A program made the position numbers and the translations under genes. A DNA stretch of 64,000 bases from Eubacteriales bacterium (GTDB lineage: Bacteria; Bacillota; Clostridia; Oscillospirales; RGIG5299), in the NCBI GenBank assembly GCA_045588575.1, contig JAZNEJ010000008.1, forward strand, positions 108,060-172,059, given 5' to 3'. Shown here one piece after another: positions 1 through 8,979 of the stretch; position 1 is the stretch's first letter, and each line of letters begins with the position of its first letter. A model generated the notes under the pieces. That model made no database searches, was not told the DNA's origin, and saw only the letters and a list, made by a program, of their open reading frames with translations.

Positions 1-756
1 CTTTTTGAAAAAAGCGACGCCGTATTTTTTGCGCTTCACGGCGGAATTGGCGAAAACGGCATAATGAAAGCTTTTGCCGAATGCATTGGCGCAAAAACGG
101 TGGGAAACAGCTCGAAATCAGAGCTTCTTTCAAGCGATAAGCATTTATCGAAACTTATTTTCAAAGAGTCGGGCATTAAAACGCCCGACTGGATTACTCT
201 GAAAAAAGACGCCGATATTCCCAAAGAGATAAATTTCCCCGTTTTTGTAAAGCCTTGTTCAAGCGGTTCAAGCGTGGGAATATCGCTTGCAAGAAACGAA
301 GCGGAATTTAAAAAAGCTTTAAGAAAAGCGTTTAAAGAGGAAGACACCGCCTTAATTGAAGAAAAAATTGAAGGCAGAGAATTTTCGGTTGGAGTTTTAT
401 TGAACGAAGCGCTTCCTCCGATTGAAATTAAACCCAAAAATGGCTTTTACGATTATAAAAACAAATATGAAAAAGGGAAAACCGAAGAAATTTGTCCGGC
501 ATACATAACGAAAGAGCTTGAAAAAGAGTTAAAAGCCGCCGCTTTAAAGGCGCACCGCTGTTTAGGCCTTACCGATATTTCACGCTCCGACTTTATAGTA
601 ACCGAGCAAAACGAAATATACTGTCTTGAAACCAACGCCATGCCCGGAATGACTCCTCTTTCGCTTTTTCCACAGGAAGCTAAGGCAATGGGTATAAGCT
701 ACGGAGAGGTTTGCAAGCGACTTGTTAAATCGGCGCTGAAAAAACAAACCGATTAA
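1..756 (+). CDS. ddl: D-alanine--D-alanine ligase (5' end outside window)
   Basis: Frame 1 is open from nt 1 (LFEKSDAVFFALHGGIGENG...), upstream of the listed ATG at 64. It shows an ATP-grasp Ddl pattern (FPVFVKP, EINAMPGMT-like C-terminus). Confidence 0.9.
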   Translation, partial: LFEKSDAVFFALHGGIGENGIMKAFAECIGAKTVGNSSKSELLSSDKHLSKLIFKESGIKTPDWITLKKDADIPKEINFPVFVKPCSSGSSVGISLARNEAEFKKALRKAFKEEDTALIEEKIEGREFSVGVLLNEALPPIEIKPKNGFYDYKNKYEKGKTEEICPAYITKELEKELKAAALKAHRCLGLTDISRSDFIVTEQNEIYCLETNAMPGMTPLSLFPQEAKAMGISYGEVCKRLVKSALKKQTD

Positions 757-807
757 AGTATTTTTTAATCATTTTTTGCCATACTAACGTTAAAAGGGGC
801 AAAAGAT

Positions 808-1191
808 ATGAAAAAAGATACTAAAAACAAAATTTTGGTGGCAATATCGGGACTGTTTACGGGGCTGATAAACGGATTTTTCGGTATGGGCGGCGGAATG
901 GTTGCCGTGCCCGTGCTTGAAAACACACCCGATGAAAAAGGTGAAAAGCTGAAAACCGACGTCGCTCACGCCACCTCGGTTTTTGCGGTAATGTTTCTTT
1001 CCGCCGTTTCGCTCGGATTTTATTTATTTAACGGCAAGGTTGATTTTGGTAACGCCTTACCTTATATTATAAGCGGCGCTCTCGGTGCGCCTATCGGGGC
1101 TTTTTTTCTAAAAAAAATCGACCCCGTATGGCTTAAAAGAATTTTCGGAGCAGTTATTATTTTTGCGGCAATAAGAATGTTTATGAGGTAA
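808..1191 (+). CDS. TauE/SafE (TSUP) family membrane protein, N-terminal 4-TM half
   Basis: 127 aa and hydrophobic, with a GxxxGxxGMGGG motif near the N-terminus. It ends at TAA 1189-1191, in the same frame as the next ORF. Confidence 0.7.
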   Translation: MKKDTKNKILVAISGLFTGLINGFFGMGGGMVAVPVLENTPDEKGEKLKTDVAHATSVFAVMFLSAVSLGFYLFNGKVDFGNALPYIISGALGAPIGAFFLKKIDPVWLKRIFGAVIIFAAIRMFMR

Positions 1192-1197
1192 AAAGCG

Positions 1198-1569
1198 GTG
1201 GAAATTTTAAAATATCTTGCGGGATTTCTCTCAGGCATTGCCGCTTCAATGGGACTCGGCGGCGGCTCAATCTTAATAATTTATCTCACTGCCTTTGCAA
1301 AAACGGCACCAAGTGAAGCGGCAATTACAAATCTTTTATTTTTCATACCCACGGCGATAATTGCGGTAATTCTTAATGCAAAAAACAAAAAGATAAACTT
1401 TAAAGTGGGCATAATGCTCACGCTCGGCGGTGTTTTGGGAGCACTAATCGGGGCGTTTTTGGCATCGGTTATAGGCGAAAGCGATATTATGTATAAAATT
1501 TTCGCAGGCCTTTTGCTTATTATGGGAATTAAAGATTTATTTTTCACAAAAAAGAAAGCATCCGAATAA
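1198..1569 (+). CDS. TauE/SafE (TSUP) family membrane protein, C-terminal 4-TM half
   Basis: 123 aa with a second GxxxGxxxSMGLGGGS motif. GTG start lies 2 codons after the in-frame TAA of the preceding ORF. Confidence 0.65.
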   Translation: MEILKYLAGFLSGIAASMGLGGGSILIIYLTAFAKTAPSEAAITNLLFFIPTAIIAVILNAKNKKINFKVGIMLTLGGVLGALIGAFLASVIGESDIMYKIFAGLLLIMGIKDLFFTKKKASE

Positions 1570-1587
1570 TTCGGATGCTTATTTTAT
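1558..1587. terminator. Hairpin terminator between convergent genes
   Basis: gcatccgaa-taa-ttcggatgc followed by a T-rich tract, located between the TauE half and the minus-strand RNHCP gene. Confidence 0.5.
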
Positions 1588-1994
1588 TCATTCATTGTTT
1601 TTTCGGCATTTTTAAGCTTTTCTTTTGAAAAGCGACTGCTCGAAAAAGGCTTGAGCGCAAGCGATAAAAGCTTCATTGGATTATCGTCGGCGGCAATGCG
1701 GTTTGAGCAAAGCTTTCCGCAGACTTTACAGCGGTGAATAATCGCCCACTCGTTATTTTTTCTAACCCAAACAGAAACCGGCTCCATAACGCCGTGGCAA
1801 TTCGATGCTCGGTCGCCGGGGGTGTTATCCAAATGCACGCTTGAAAGACAGTAGGGACAGTGGTTTCGGTGGTCGGTTCCCGCCGCCTCCGGCGTTACCG
1901 TTTTGCCGCAAACCTTGCAAACAAACGGGTCTAAACAGGCGTGATTTTTAAAATAGTTTTTCTTATAAAGACGCTGCTTATTTTCTCTATTCAT
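1584..1994 (-). CDS. RNHCP domain-containing zinc-ribbon protein
   Basis: Contains the literal HRNHCPYCLSSVH motif plus CKVCGK and CKVCGKLC Cys pairs. Confidence 0.7.
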   Translation of the reverse strand: MNRENKQRLYKKNYFKNHACLDPFVCKVCGKTVTPEAAGTDHRNHCPYCLSSVHLDNTPGDRASNCHGVMEPVSVWVRKNNEWAIIHRCKVCGKLCSNRIAADDNPMKLLSLALKPFSSSRFSKEKLKNAEKTMNE

Positions 1995-2346
1995 TATAAT
2001 ACCCCCTTAAAGAGCCGATACAGCCCGCCATATCGTTAAGCTCCTCGAGCTTTTCAATGGGAAAAGGAGGGTTTGCAAGAGGACGCGATGCAATTGAAAG
2101 AAGCTTTAACGGATTATCAAGCTCGTGCGTAGGCTCGCTTATAAGCTCGTTACACAGGCTGCATTTTTTAATAATCTCCCAGCTGTCGTCATCGTTAATT
2201 AAAACGGCAATAGCCTGAAGAGTGCCGCCGCATTCATAGCCCTCGCTGTCTTGCTCGTGAATTGAGGCTAAACAGTTTGTGCAGTGGCAAACGTTTTCGT
2301 TTAACTCCTTGCCGCAGCTTCGGCAGATTTTTTTGTTTTGCTCCAT
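1987..2346 (-). CDS. RNHCP-like zinc-ribbon protein (diverged paralogue)
   Basis: Same architecture as its neighbour (CRSCGK...CHCTNCLASIHEQD...CSLCNE...NPLKLLSIA). Overlaps the downstream paralogue by 8 nt. Confidence 0.55.
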   Translation of the reverse strand: MEQNKKICRSCGKELNENVCHCTNCLASIHEQDSEGYECGGTLQAIAVLINDDDSWEIIKKCSLCNELISEPTHELDNPLKLLSIASRPLANPPFPIEKLEELNDMAGCIGSLRGYYNE

Positions 2347-2496
2347 AACGTCCTCCGTAAATATACTGTTGGTATTATTTTACCATAAAAGCTCGGCTAT
2401 TTCAACGAAAAGATTGAAAAACAAAAAGCATTATGATATACTTAATAATATAATGTGAATAATATATAACACAGTTTGGTTTAAGAGGCAGTTTTT

Positions 2497-2967
2497 ATGG
2501 CGGAAAAAGAAGCGAGAAAAATAATAAGCGAAAACAGAAAAGCCTATCACGAATATTTCGTGCTCGAAAAATACGAGGCGGGAATTGAGCTTTTCGGCAC
2601 CGAGGTTAAATCGGTCAGACTCGGCAAGGTCAACTTCAAGGAGTGCTACGCCGATATAGACGCAGGTGAAATTTTCATTTTGGGAATGCACATCTCGCCC
2701 TATGAAAAAGGAAATATATTTAATAAAGACCCGTTAAGACCGAAAAAGCTTTTAATGCACAAAAGAGAAATTATGAAGCTTTACGGTCAGACAAAGCAGG
2801 AAGGATTAACCTTAATTCCTCTTTCGCTTTATTTTAAAAACGGAAAAATCAAGGTTGAGCTTGGTCTTTGCAAGGGTAAAAAGCTTTACGATAAGCGCGA
2901 AGCTGCCGCAAAAAGAGATGCTCAGCGTGAAATTGAAAAAACGATTAAGGAACAAAACAGATATTAA
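2497..2967 (+). CDS. smpB: SsrA-binding protein SmpB
   Basis: [29 protein letters not shown] and a basic C-terminal tail. Typical 156 aa. Confidence 0.95.
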   Translation: MAEKEARKIISENRKAYHEYFVLEKYEAGIELFGTEVKSVRLGKVNFKECYADIDAGEIFILGMHISPYEKGNIFNKDPLRPKKLLMHKREIMKLYGQTKQEGLTLIPLSLYFKNGKIKVELGLCKGKKLYDKREAAAKRDAQREIEKTIKEQNRY

Positions 2968-2970
2968 AAA

Positions 2971-3007
2971 AAGACACTTTCATTTTTTGAAAGTGTCTTT
3001 AATTTTT
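2971..3007 (+). terminator. Rho-independent terminator after smpB
   Basis: aagacactttca-ttttt-tgaaagtgtctt followed by taattttt. Confidence 0.6.
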
Positions 3008-3010
3008 AGG

Positions 3011-3214
3011 TCAGCCGCTTATAAGGGTTGAAATAATATCCATAATTTTATCGTGGCAGCCGCCGCAACCGGTTGAGCAGTGAGTGAGCTCCTGAACGTG
3101 CTTGAATTCGGTTTCAACGTCTTCAAAACGGGCGTGGTCGTGAAGAGCCTTGTCAATATCGTTTAAAGATACCTGCATACAGTTGCAAATTATTTCATTT
3201 TCGGTGTAAGTCAT
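3011..3214 (-). CDS. BFD-like [2Fe-2S]-binding domain protein
   Basis: 67 aa with CNC...CSTGCGGC cysteine spacing typical of the bacterioferritin-associated-ferredoxin-like domain. Confidence 0.65.
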   Translation of the reverse strand: MTYTENEIICNCMQVSLNDIDKALHDHARFEDVETEFKHVQELTHCSTGCGGCHDKIMDIISTLISG

Positions 3215-3330
3215 AAAAATACCTTCTTATAATTTTTTTATTTATCTTATTATATCACATATAAAAAAAGGTTTCAAGAAAAATTATAAAAAGGACTTGA
3301 GATTTCTCAAGCCCTTTTATCAGGCTTAAA

Positions 3331-3756
3331 TCAGTCGTTAAATTCACGTTCCGATTTAGTTACGGTTCCGTCATTTGCATTTACGTCATAGGAATATTCA
3401 AACTTGAGCGTTTCAAACTCAACTTCCCAAACCAAAACGCCTCTTTCTCGGTCAAGCTCCACGTCAACGTCGAAGACGTCGGCTCTCTTTAATCCTGCCG
3501 CATTAAGCGCTGCGTTAAGAGCTTCTTCTCTCGTTATGAGAGCCGGAGCCTCGTTTGCGGGCGCGCTCGGCACAGATACCTCAACAGAGGGAGTATTTGG
3601 CGCGGGTGTTTGAAGTGTTTCGAGATTTTGATTTTCTGCCGCTACCGACGAAGTTTGCGTCGGTAAATTGGGATTAAATTCGTTTTTAAACGCTGTGCAG
3701 GCAGAAAGAGCAACAATCAACGAGAGTACGGTAACGAGTACCAATGTTTTTTTCAT
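3331..3756 (-). CDS. PepSY domain lipoprotein
   Basis: Signal peptide with lipobox LSAC, a low-complexity linker, and a C-terminal PepSY-like block (REEALNAALNAAGL...VWEVEF...YSYDVNANDG). Confidence 0.6.
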   Translation of the reverse strand: MKKTLVLVTVLSLIVALSACTAFKNEFNPNLPTQTSSVAAENQNLETLQTPAPNTPSVEVSVPSAPANEAPALITREEALNAALNAAGLKRADVFDVDVELDRERGVLVWEVEFETLKFEYSYDVNANDGTVTKSEREFND

Positions 3757-3828
3757 TGTCAGTTTCCTCCTGTATTTGTTTTTTTATTAAAAAAAGGGGC
3801 AAGCAATAACGCCGCCCCTTTTGTTTGC

Positions 3829-4371
3829 TTATTTATCGAAGTGTCTCTTAAGTAAGCCTTCGAAGCCTTTACCGTGACGGGCTTCGTCTTTGCACATTTC
3901 GTGAACGGTATCGTGAATTGCATCGTAGCCGAGCTCTTTTGCTCTGGTTGCGAGCTTCTTCTTGCCGTCGCAAGCGCCGTATTCAGCCTCGAAACGCATT
4001 CTGAGATTTTTCTCGGTGGAATCGGTGAGAACTTCGCCTAAAAGCTCTGCAAATTTTGCAGCGTGCTCTGCTTCTTCGAATGCATAGCGGCGATATGCCT
4101 CTGCAACGTCGGGATATCCTTCTCTGTCTGCCTGACGGGACATAGCAAGATACATACCTGCTTCGCAGCATTCGCCCTCGAAGTTTGCGCGAAGGCCTTT
4201 AACAACCTCTTCATCCAAGCCCTTTGCAACGCCGATTCTGTGTTCGTCTGCCCAAACTATTTCTGCTGCCATTTTTTCAAATTTTTCTGCGCTTGCTTTG
4301 CAGATGGGGCATTTCTCGGGAGCTTTCTCTCCTTCGTGAATGTATCCGCAAATTTTACATACCCATTTCAT
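3829..4371 (-). CDS. rbr: Reverse rubrerythrin (N-terminal rubredoxin domain + ferritin-like di-iron domain)
   Basis: [10 protein letters not shown]...CPICKA lies at the N-terminus, followed by ExxH di-iron motifs (EEAEHA, EARHG). I prefer the ATG at 4371 with AGGAAG 8 nt upstream over the listed TTG at 4377. Confidence 0.85.
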   Translation of the reverse strand: MKWVCKICGYIHEGEKAPEKCPICKASAEKFEKMAAEIVWADEHRIGVAKGLDEEVVKGLRANFEGECCEAGMYLAMSRQADREGYPDVAEAYRRYAFEEAEHAAKFAELLGEVLTDSTEKNLRMRFEAEYGACDGKKKLATRAKELGYDAIHDTVHEMCKDEARHGKGFEGLLKRHFDK

Positions 4372-4406
4372 AGTCAAATCTTCCTTTTCTTATTATTATA
4401 ATTTTT

Positions 4407-4790
4407 TTAGTTTTTATCTTTACTGCATTTTTTGCAGGTTCCGAACGTTATAATATTAACTTTTTCAATTTCAGCGTCGGGAATTGCGCTTAAAACGCTT
4501 TCTTTAAGAGCCTTTTCAAAATCTATAAAAGCATCGAAAACGGTGTCGCAGTCGTTACATATAAAGTGGACGTGAGCCGAATTATCGCCGTCGAAATGCT
4601 CTATGCCTTTTGAATAAAAGCTTATTATATCGCCGTTTTTGCAAAGGCTTTGAAGGTTTCGGTAAACCGTTGCGAGTGAGATGTTGGGGCAAACCTCTTT
4701 AACGCTTTTATAAACCTCTGCGGCGGTAGGATGGTCTTTCCTTGCTTGTAAATCGGCAAGAACAAGCTCCTTTTGTACCGAGTAATTCAT
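4407..4790 (-). CDS. perR: Fur-family peroxide-type repressor (PerR-like)
   Basis: Winged-helix N-terminus (ATVYRNL), HF.C..C and C-terminal CKKC metal sites. Directly upstream of rubrerythrin. Confidence 0.75.
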   Translation of the reverse strand: MNYSVQKELVLADLQARKDHPTAAEVYKSVKEVCPNISLATVYRNLQSLCKNGDIISFYSKGIEHFDGDNSAHVHFICNDCDTVFDAFIDFEKALKESVLSAIPDAEIEKVNIITFGTCKKCSKDKN

Positions 4791-4817
4791 TGTGTTAATC
4801 AGCCTTTCAAAGAAAAG

Positions 4818-4832
4818 TGATAATCATTATCG
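4818..4832 (-). promoter_or_regulatory. Fur/PerR-box-like 7-1-7 palindrome
   Basis: TGATAATCATTATCG resembles the TGATAATnATTATCA consensus. It lies just downstream of the predicted -10 of the perR-rbr operon. Confidence 0.55.
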
Positions 4833-4839
4833 TATTTTT

Positions 4840-4868
4840 ATTATACACGGCTTTTTAAACTTTGTCAA
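4840..4868 (-). promoter_or_regulatory. Sigma-A-type promoter of perR-rbr
   Basis: On the minus strand: TTGACA, a 17-nt spacer ending in an extended-10 TG, then TATAAT. Confidence 0.5.
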
Positions 4869-4925
4869 GCGTTTTTTTAAAAAAATTAAAAATCCCTTAA
4901 AAAATTTTTAAGGGATTTTTTTGCA

Positions 4926-6434
4926 TTATTTAATTAAGCTTTCGCCATCCATAACCTCGGGCTTATCAATTGCGAGAATTTTCAAAACCGTGGGAGCAAT
5001 GTCGGCAAGTCTGCCCGTTTCTTTAAGCTCGCAGGGGTAGTTTACAACCGAGAAAGGAACGGAGTTTGTGGTGTGAGCGGTGAAAACCGATTTTTCATCG
5101 GCTTCGAGCATTTTTTCGGCGTTACCGTGGTCGGCGGTTATAACCATAATGCCGTTAACCGACATAACCGCATCGTAAACCTTTTTAACGCACTCGTCAA
5201 CTGCGATAACCGCTTTTTCGGCAGCCTCGTAAACACCGGTATGACCAACCATATCGCAGTTTGCGAAGTTTATTATAATAACGTCGTAGGAAAGGTTTTT
5301 AACCTTTTCGCAAACGATATCGCAAACCTCGTAGGCGCTCATTTCGGGCTTTAAGTCGTAGGTTGCAACGTCGGGAGAATCAATTAAAATTCTATCCTCG
5401 CCGCTGTAAATGGTTTCAACGCCGCCGTTTAAGAAGAAGGTAACGTGAGCGTATTTGGTATATTCGGCAATTCTTAACTGTGTAAGACCGTGTTGGCTCA
5501 AAACCGCGCCCAAGGGCATATCAAGCGACTGCGGCTCAAACGCAACCTTTACGTTGGGCATGGTTGCATCGTACTGAGTCATGCAAACGTAATAGAGATT
5601 TAAGCTTTCCTTCTCGAATTCGCTGAATTTGGGGTCAACGAAGGAGCGGGTAATTTCTCTTGCTCTGTCGGGACGGAAATTGAAGAATATTACAGAGTCG
5701 TTATTTTTAACGGTAGCGCCTTTTTCGCAAACGGTGGGAACTATAAATTCGTCGGTAACGTCGTTTTTATAAGACTCCTTGCAAACGTTTGCGGCAATTC
5801 CGTTAACGCCCTCGCCGTAAACCATAGCGTCGTAAACGCGCTTTACTCTTTCGTAGCGCTTTTCGCGGTCCATAGCGTAATATCTGCCCGAAATCGTGGC
5901 AATTTTGCCGATTTGCTTTTCGTCCATAACCTTAATAAGCTCTTCGACGTATTTTTCGCCCGAAGTGGGAGGAACGTCTCTTCCGTCCATAAAGCAATGA
6001 ACGAAAACATTGGAAATTCCGTTTCTTTTAGCAAGGTCTAAAAGAGCGTAAAGATGAGTGTTATGCGAGTGAACACCGCCATCGGAAAGAAGTCCCATAA
6101 GATGAAGGGCGGAATTATTCTTTTTGCAGTTTTCAACGGCGCCGAGCAAAACGGGATTTTCGAAGAAATTTCCGTCTTTAATAGCCTTTGAAATTCTGGT
6201 AAGCTCCTGATAAACTATTCTGCCTGCGCCTATATTGGTATGTCCTACCTCGCTGTTACCCATTTGACCTTCGGGAAGACCTACGTCCATACCCGAGGCT
6301 TCAATGTGCATGGTGGGGTTTTCGGCAAATATTTTAGAAATATTGGGAGTTGTTTTTTCGTTAACAGCGTTGCCCGCTCCTTTGGGAGCAAAGCCGAAGC
6401 CGTCGAGAATTGTAAGAACGAGAGGTCTTTTCAT
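4926..6434 (-). CDS. gpmI: 2,3-bisphosphoglycerate-independent phosphoglycerate mutase
   Basis: LTILDGFG...NSEVGHTNIGAGR...ITADHGNAE. 502 aa. Confidence 0.95.
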   Translation of the reverse strand: MKRPLVLTILDGFGFAPKGAGNAVNEKTTPNISKIFAENPTMHIEASGMDVGLPEGQMGNSEVGHTNIGAGRIVYQELTRISKAIKDGNFFENPVLLGAVENCKKNNSALHLMGLLSDGGVHSHNTHLYALLDLAKRNGISNVFVHCFMDGRDVPPTSGEKYVEELIKVMDEKQIGKIATISGRYYAMDREKRYERVKRVYDAMVYGEGVNGIAANVCKESYKNDVTDEFIVPTVCEKGATVKNNDSVIFFNFRPDRAREITRSFVDPKFSEFEKESLNLYYVCMTQYDATMPNVKVAFEPQSLDMPLGAVLSQHGLTQLRIAEYTKYAHVTFFLNGGVETIYSGEDRILIDSPDVATYDLKPEMSAYEVCDIVCEKVKNLSYDVIIINFANCDMVGHTGVYEAAEKAVIAVDECVKKVYDAVMSVNGIMVITADHGNAEKMLEADEKSVFTAHTTNSVPFSVVNYPCELKETGRLADIAPTVLKILAIDKPEVMDGESLIK

Positions 6435-6449
6435 TTAACGTTAATCCTT

Positions 6450-7202
6450 TCAGTCAGCTGCGGAAACGATGGTTGAGAAATCTGCGCTCTTAAGAGATGC
6501 GCCGCCTATAAGACCGCCGTCAACGTTGGGCTTGGCAAGAAGCTCTGCTGCGTTTTTAGCGTTCATGGAACCGCCGTACTGAATTGCAATTTTATTGGAA
6601 ACAGCCTTGCCGTAAAGCGATGCAATGCAGCTTCTGATAGAGCCGCAAGCCTCATCGGCCTGCTCGCTTGTTGCGGTTTTACCGGTGCCGATTGCCCAAA
6701 CGGGCTCGTAAGCAATTATGATTTTCTTTGCATCTTCGGCGGAAACGTCTTTAAATGCAATTTTGGTCTGACGCCATAAAACCTCGTTTGTAATGTTATC
6801 TTCTCTTTCGGAAAGAAGCTCGCCAACGCAAACAATAGGCTTTAAGCCTGCCGCCAAAGCCGCTTTGATTTTAAGGTTAACGGTTTGGTCGGTTTCACCG
6901 AAATACTGTCTTCTTTCGGAGTGTCCGATTATAACGTAGCTAACGCCGAGGTCAACGAGCATATCGGCAGAAATTTCGCCGGTGAAAGCGCCCGATTTTT
7001 CATAGTGAAGGTTTTCGGCGCCGATTTTTATATTGGTTCTTTTTGCAGCCTTAACAGCGGCGTAAAGGTCGGTGAAGGGAACGCAGGCAATAACGGTGCA
7101 TTTTGCGCCCTTAACGAGAGGAGCAAGCTCTTTAATGAAGCTTTCGGCCTCGCTTGCGGTTTTATTCATTTTCCAGTTACCTGCAATAATCTTTTTTCTC
7201 AT
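6450..7202 (-). CDS. tpiA: Triosephosphate isomerase
   Basis: IAGNWKMN, IIGHSERR and AYEPVWAIGTG motifs. Start taken at MRKKIIAGNWKMN (ATG 7202) rather than the upstream ATG at 7226. Confidence 0.95.
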   Translation of the reverse strand: MRKKIIAGNWKMNKTASEAESFIKELAPLVKGAKCTVIACVPFTDLYAAVKAAKRTNIKIGAENLHYEKSGAFTGEISADMLVDLGVSYVIIGHSERRQYFGETDQTVNLKIKAALAAGLKPIVCVGELLSEREDNITNEVLWRQTKIAFKDVSAEDAKKIIIAYEPVWAIGTGKTATSEQADEACGSIRSCIASLYGKAVSNKIAIQYGGSMNAKNAAELLAKPNVDGGLIGGASLKSADFSTIVSAAD

Positions 7203-7274
7203 TTTAATATTCCTTTCGTAATACATAGTATTCGGCTTACAAATAAAAATACTTGCAAGCCGAGCTTTTGATGA

Positions 7275-8462
7275 TTATTTATCGTTTAAGCAAGCAATTC
7301 CGGGAAGTTCAAGACCTTCGAGGAATTCGAGAGAAGCGCCGCCGCCGGTGGAGATATGAGTCATCTTATCTGCAAAGCCGAGCTTCTGAACAGCCGCTGC
7401 GGAGTCGCCGCCGCCGATGATTGAAACTGCGCCGCTTTCTGCAACTGCGGTTGCAACCGCAATGGTGCCGTTTGCAAAGTTTTTCCATTCGCTAACGCCC
7501 ATCGGTCCGTTCCAAACAACAGTGCCTGCGCCCTTAATTGCGTTTGCAAAAATTTCAGAGGTCTTGGGACCAATGTCAAGGCCCATCCAGCCGTCGTCGA
7601 TTTCATCGGAGGGAATTACCTTGAATTCGGAATTTTCGTTATATTCCTTTGCAATAACGTTGTCAACGGGAATTAAGAAGTTAACGCCCTTTTCTTTTGC
7701 CTTTGCCATAAGCTCTTTTGCAAGGTCGAGCTTATCTTCTTCGCAAAGAGATGAACCGATGTGATGTCCTTCTGCTTTTAAGAAGGTGTATGCCATACCG
7801 CCGCCGATGATGAGGGTATCTACCTTTTCGAGAAGGTTGGTGATAACGCCTATTTTATCGGAAACCTTTGCGCCGCCGAGAATAGCAACGAAGGGTCTTT
7901 TGGGATTGTTAAGAGCGTCGCCCATAATTTTAATTTCTTTGCGGATAAGGTAGCCGCAAACTGCGGGCAAATAATCTGCAACGCCTGCGGTTGAGGAGTG
8001 TGCTCTGTGAGCGGTGCCGAAAGCGTCGTTAACGTAAATTTCAGCAAGAGATGCGAGCTTTTTGGAGAATTCGGCATCGTTTTTCTCTTCTTCGCTGTGG
8101 AAACGAACGTTTTCAATGAGCATAACGTCGCCGTCTTTTAAAGCGGCAGCCTTTGCCTTTGCATCGTCGCCGACAACGTCGGAAGCCAAAGTAACCTCTT
8201 TACCGAGAAGCTCGGAAAGTCTTTTGGCAACGGGAGCGAGAGAATATTTCATATTGAATTCGCCCTTCGGTCTGCCCATGTGAGAGCAAAGAATGAGCTT
8301 TGCGCCGTGCTCACTTAAATATTTTATCGTAGGAAGCGCCTCAACGATTCTTTTATCGTCGGTGATAACGCCGTCTTTGAGCGGAACGTTAAAATCGCAA
8401 CGTGCGAGAACTCTTTTGCCGCAAACTTCGATGTCTTCAACTGTTTTCTTGTTGTAATTCAT
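7275..8462 (-). CDS. pgk: Phosphoglycerate kinase
   Basis: [16 protein letters not shown] and [14 protein letters not shown] motifs. 395 aa. Confidence 0.95.
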   Translation of the reverse strand: MNYNKKTVEDIEVCGKRVLARCDFNVPLKDGVITDDKRIVEALPTIKYLSEHGAKLILCSHMGRPKGEFNMKYSLAPVAKRLSELLGKEVTLASDVVGDDAKAKAAALKDGDVMLIENVRFHSEEEKNDAEFSKKLASLAEIYVNDAFGTAHRAHSSTAGVADYLPAVCGYLIRKEIKIMGDALNNPKRPFVAILGGAKVSDKIGVITNLLEKVDTLIIGGGMAYTFLKAEGHHIGSSLCEEDKLDLAKELMAKAKEKGVNFLIPVDNVIAKEYNENSEFKVIPSDEIDDGWMGLDIGPKTSEIFANAIKGAGTVVWNGPMGVSEWKNFANGTIAVATAVAESGAVSIIGGGDSAAAVQKLGFADKMTHISTGGGASLEFLEGLELPGIACLNDK

Positions 8463-8493
8463 TTTACATTCTCCTTATATATGTTTTTAATAT

Positions 8494-8979
8494 TTAATAC
8501 TCTGTAAGCTCGCCTTCGGTTTCAAGCCCTTCGTAGTTTCTTTGGCGAAGCGCCTCGTATAAAACGATTGCAACCGAATTTGAAAGGTTTAAGCTCCTTA
8601 AAGTGTTTCGCATTGGAATTCTTAAAGTCTGACCGTAGTTTTCATTTAAAAGCCACTCGGGAAGTCCTTTTGTTTCTTTGCCGAAGATTATGTAAAAATC
8701 CTCGGGGAAATTTTGCTCCGAATGAGTTATTTTACCTTTGGTTGAAAGGAAAAATCTCGGCTTGCCTTCGGTTTTCTTTAAAAAATCATCGAGAGAATCG
8801 TAATAGGTTATATCGAGCTTATCCCAATAGTCAAGCCCTGCTCTTTTAAGCTTTTTATCGTCTATTTCAAAAGCGAGCGGTTTAACCAAGTGAAGTCTTG
8901 CGCCCGTGCAAGCGCAGCTTCTTGCAATGTTGCCCGTATTCTGCGGAATTTCGGGCTCAACGAGAACGATGTTAATCAT
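8494..8979 (-). CDS. trmL: tRNA (cytidine/uridine-2'-O-)-methyltransferase TrmL (SpoU family)
   Basis: IVLVEPEIPQNTGNIARSCA and LNLSNSVAIVLYEA (SPOUT knot motifs). 161 aa. Confidence 0.85.
   Translation of the reverse strand: MINIVLVEPEIPQNTGNIARSCACTGARLHLVKPLAFEIDDKKLKRAGLDYWDKLDITYYDSLDDFLKKTEGKPRFFLSTKGKITHSEQNFPEDFYIIFGKETKGLPEWLLNENYGQTLRIPMRNTLRSLNLSNSVAIVLYEALRQRNYEGLETEGELTEY

Noticed and set aside
2347-2496. tmRNA (ssrA) adjacent to smpB.
   Set aside because: The upstream gap is ~150 nt and AT-rich, with no tRNA-like acceptor or T-arm and no tag-peptide reading frame. The region downstream of smpB is a terminator followed by a coding gene.
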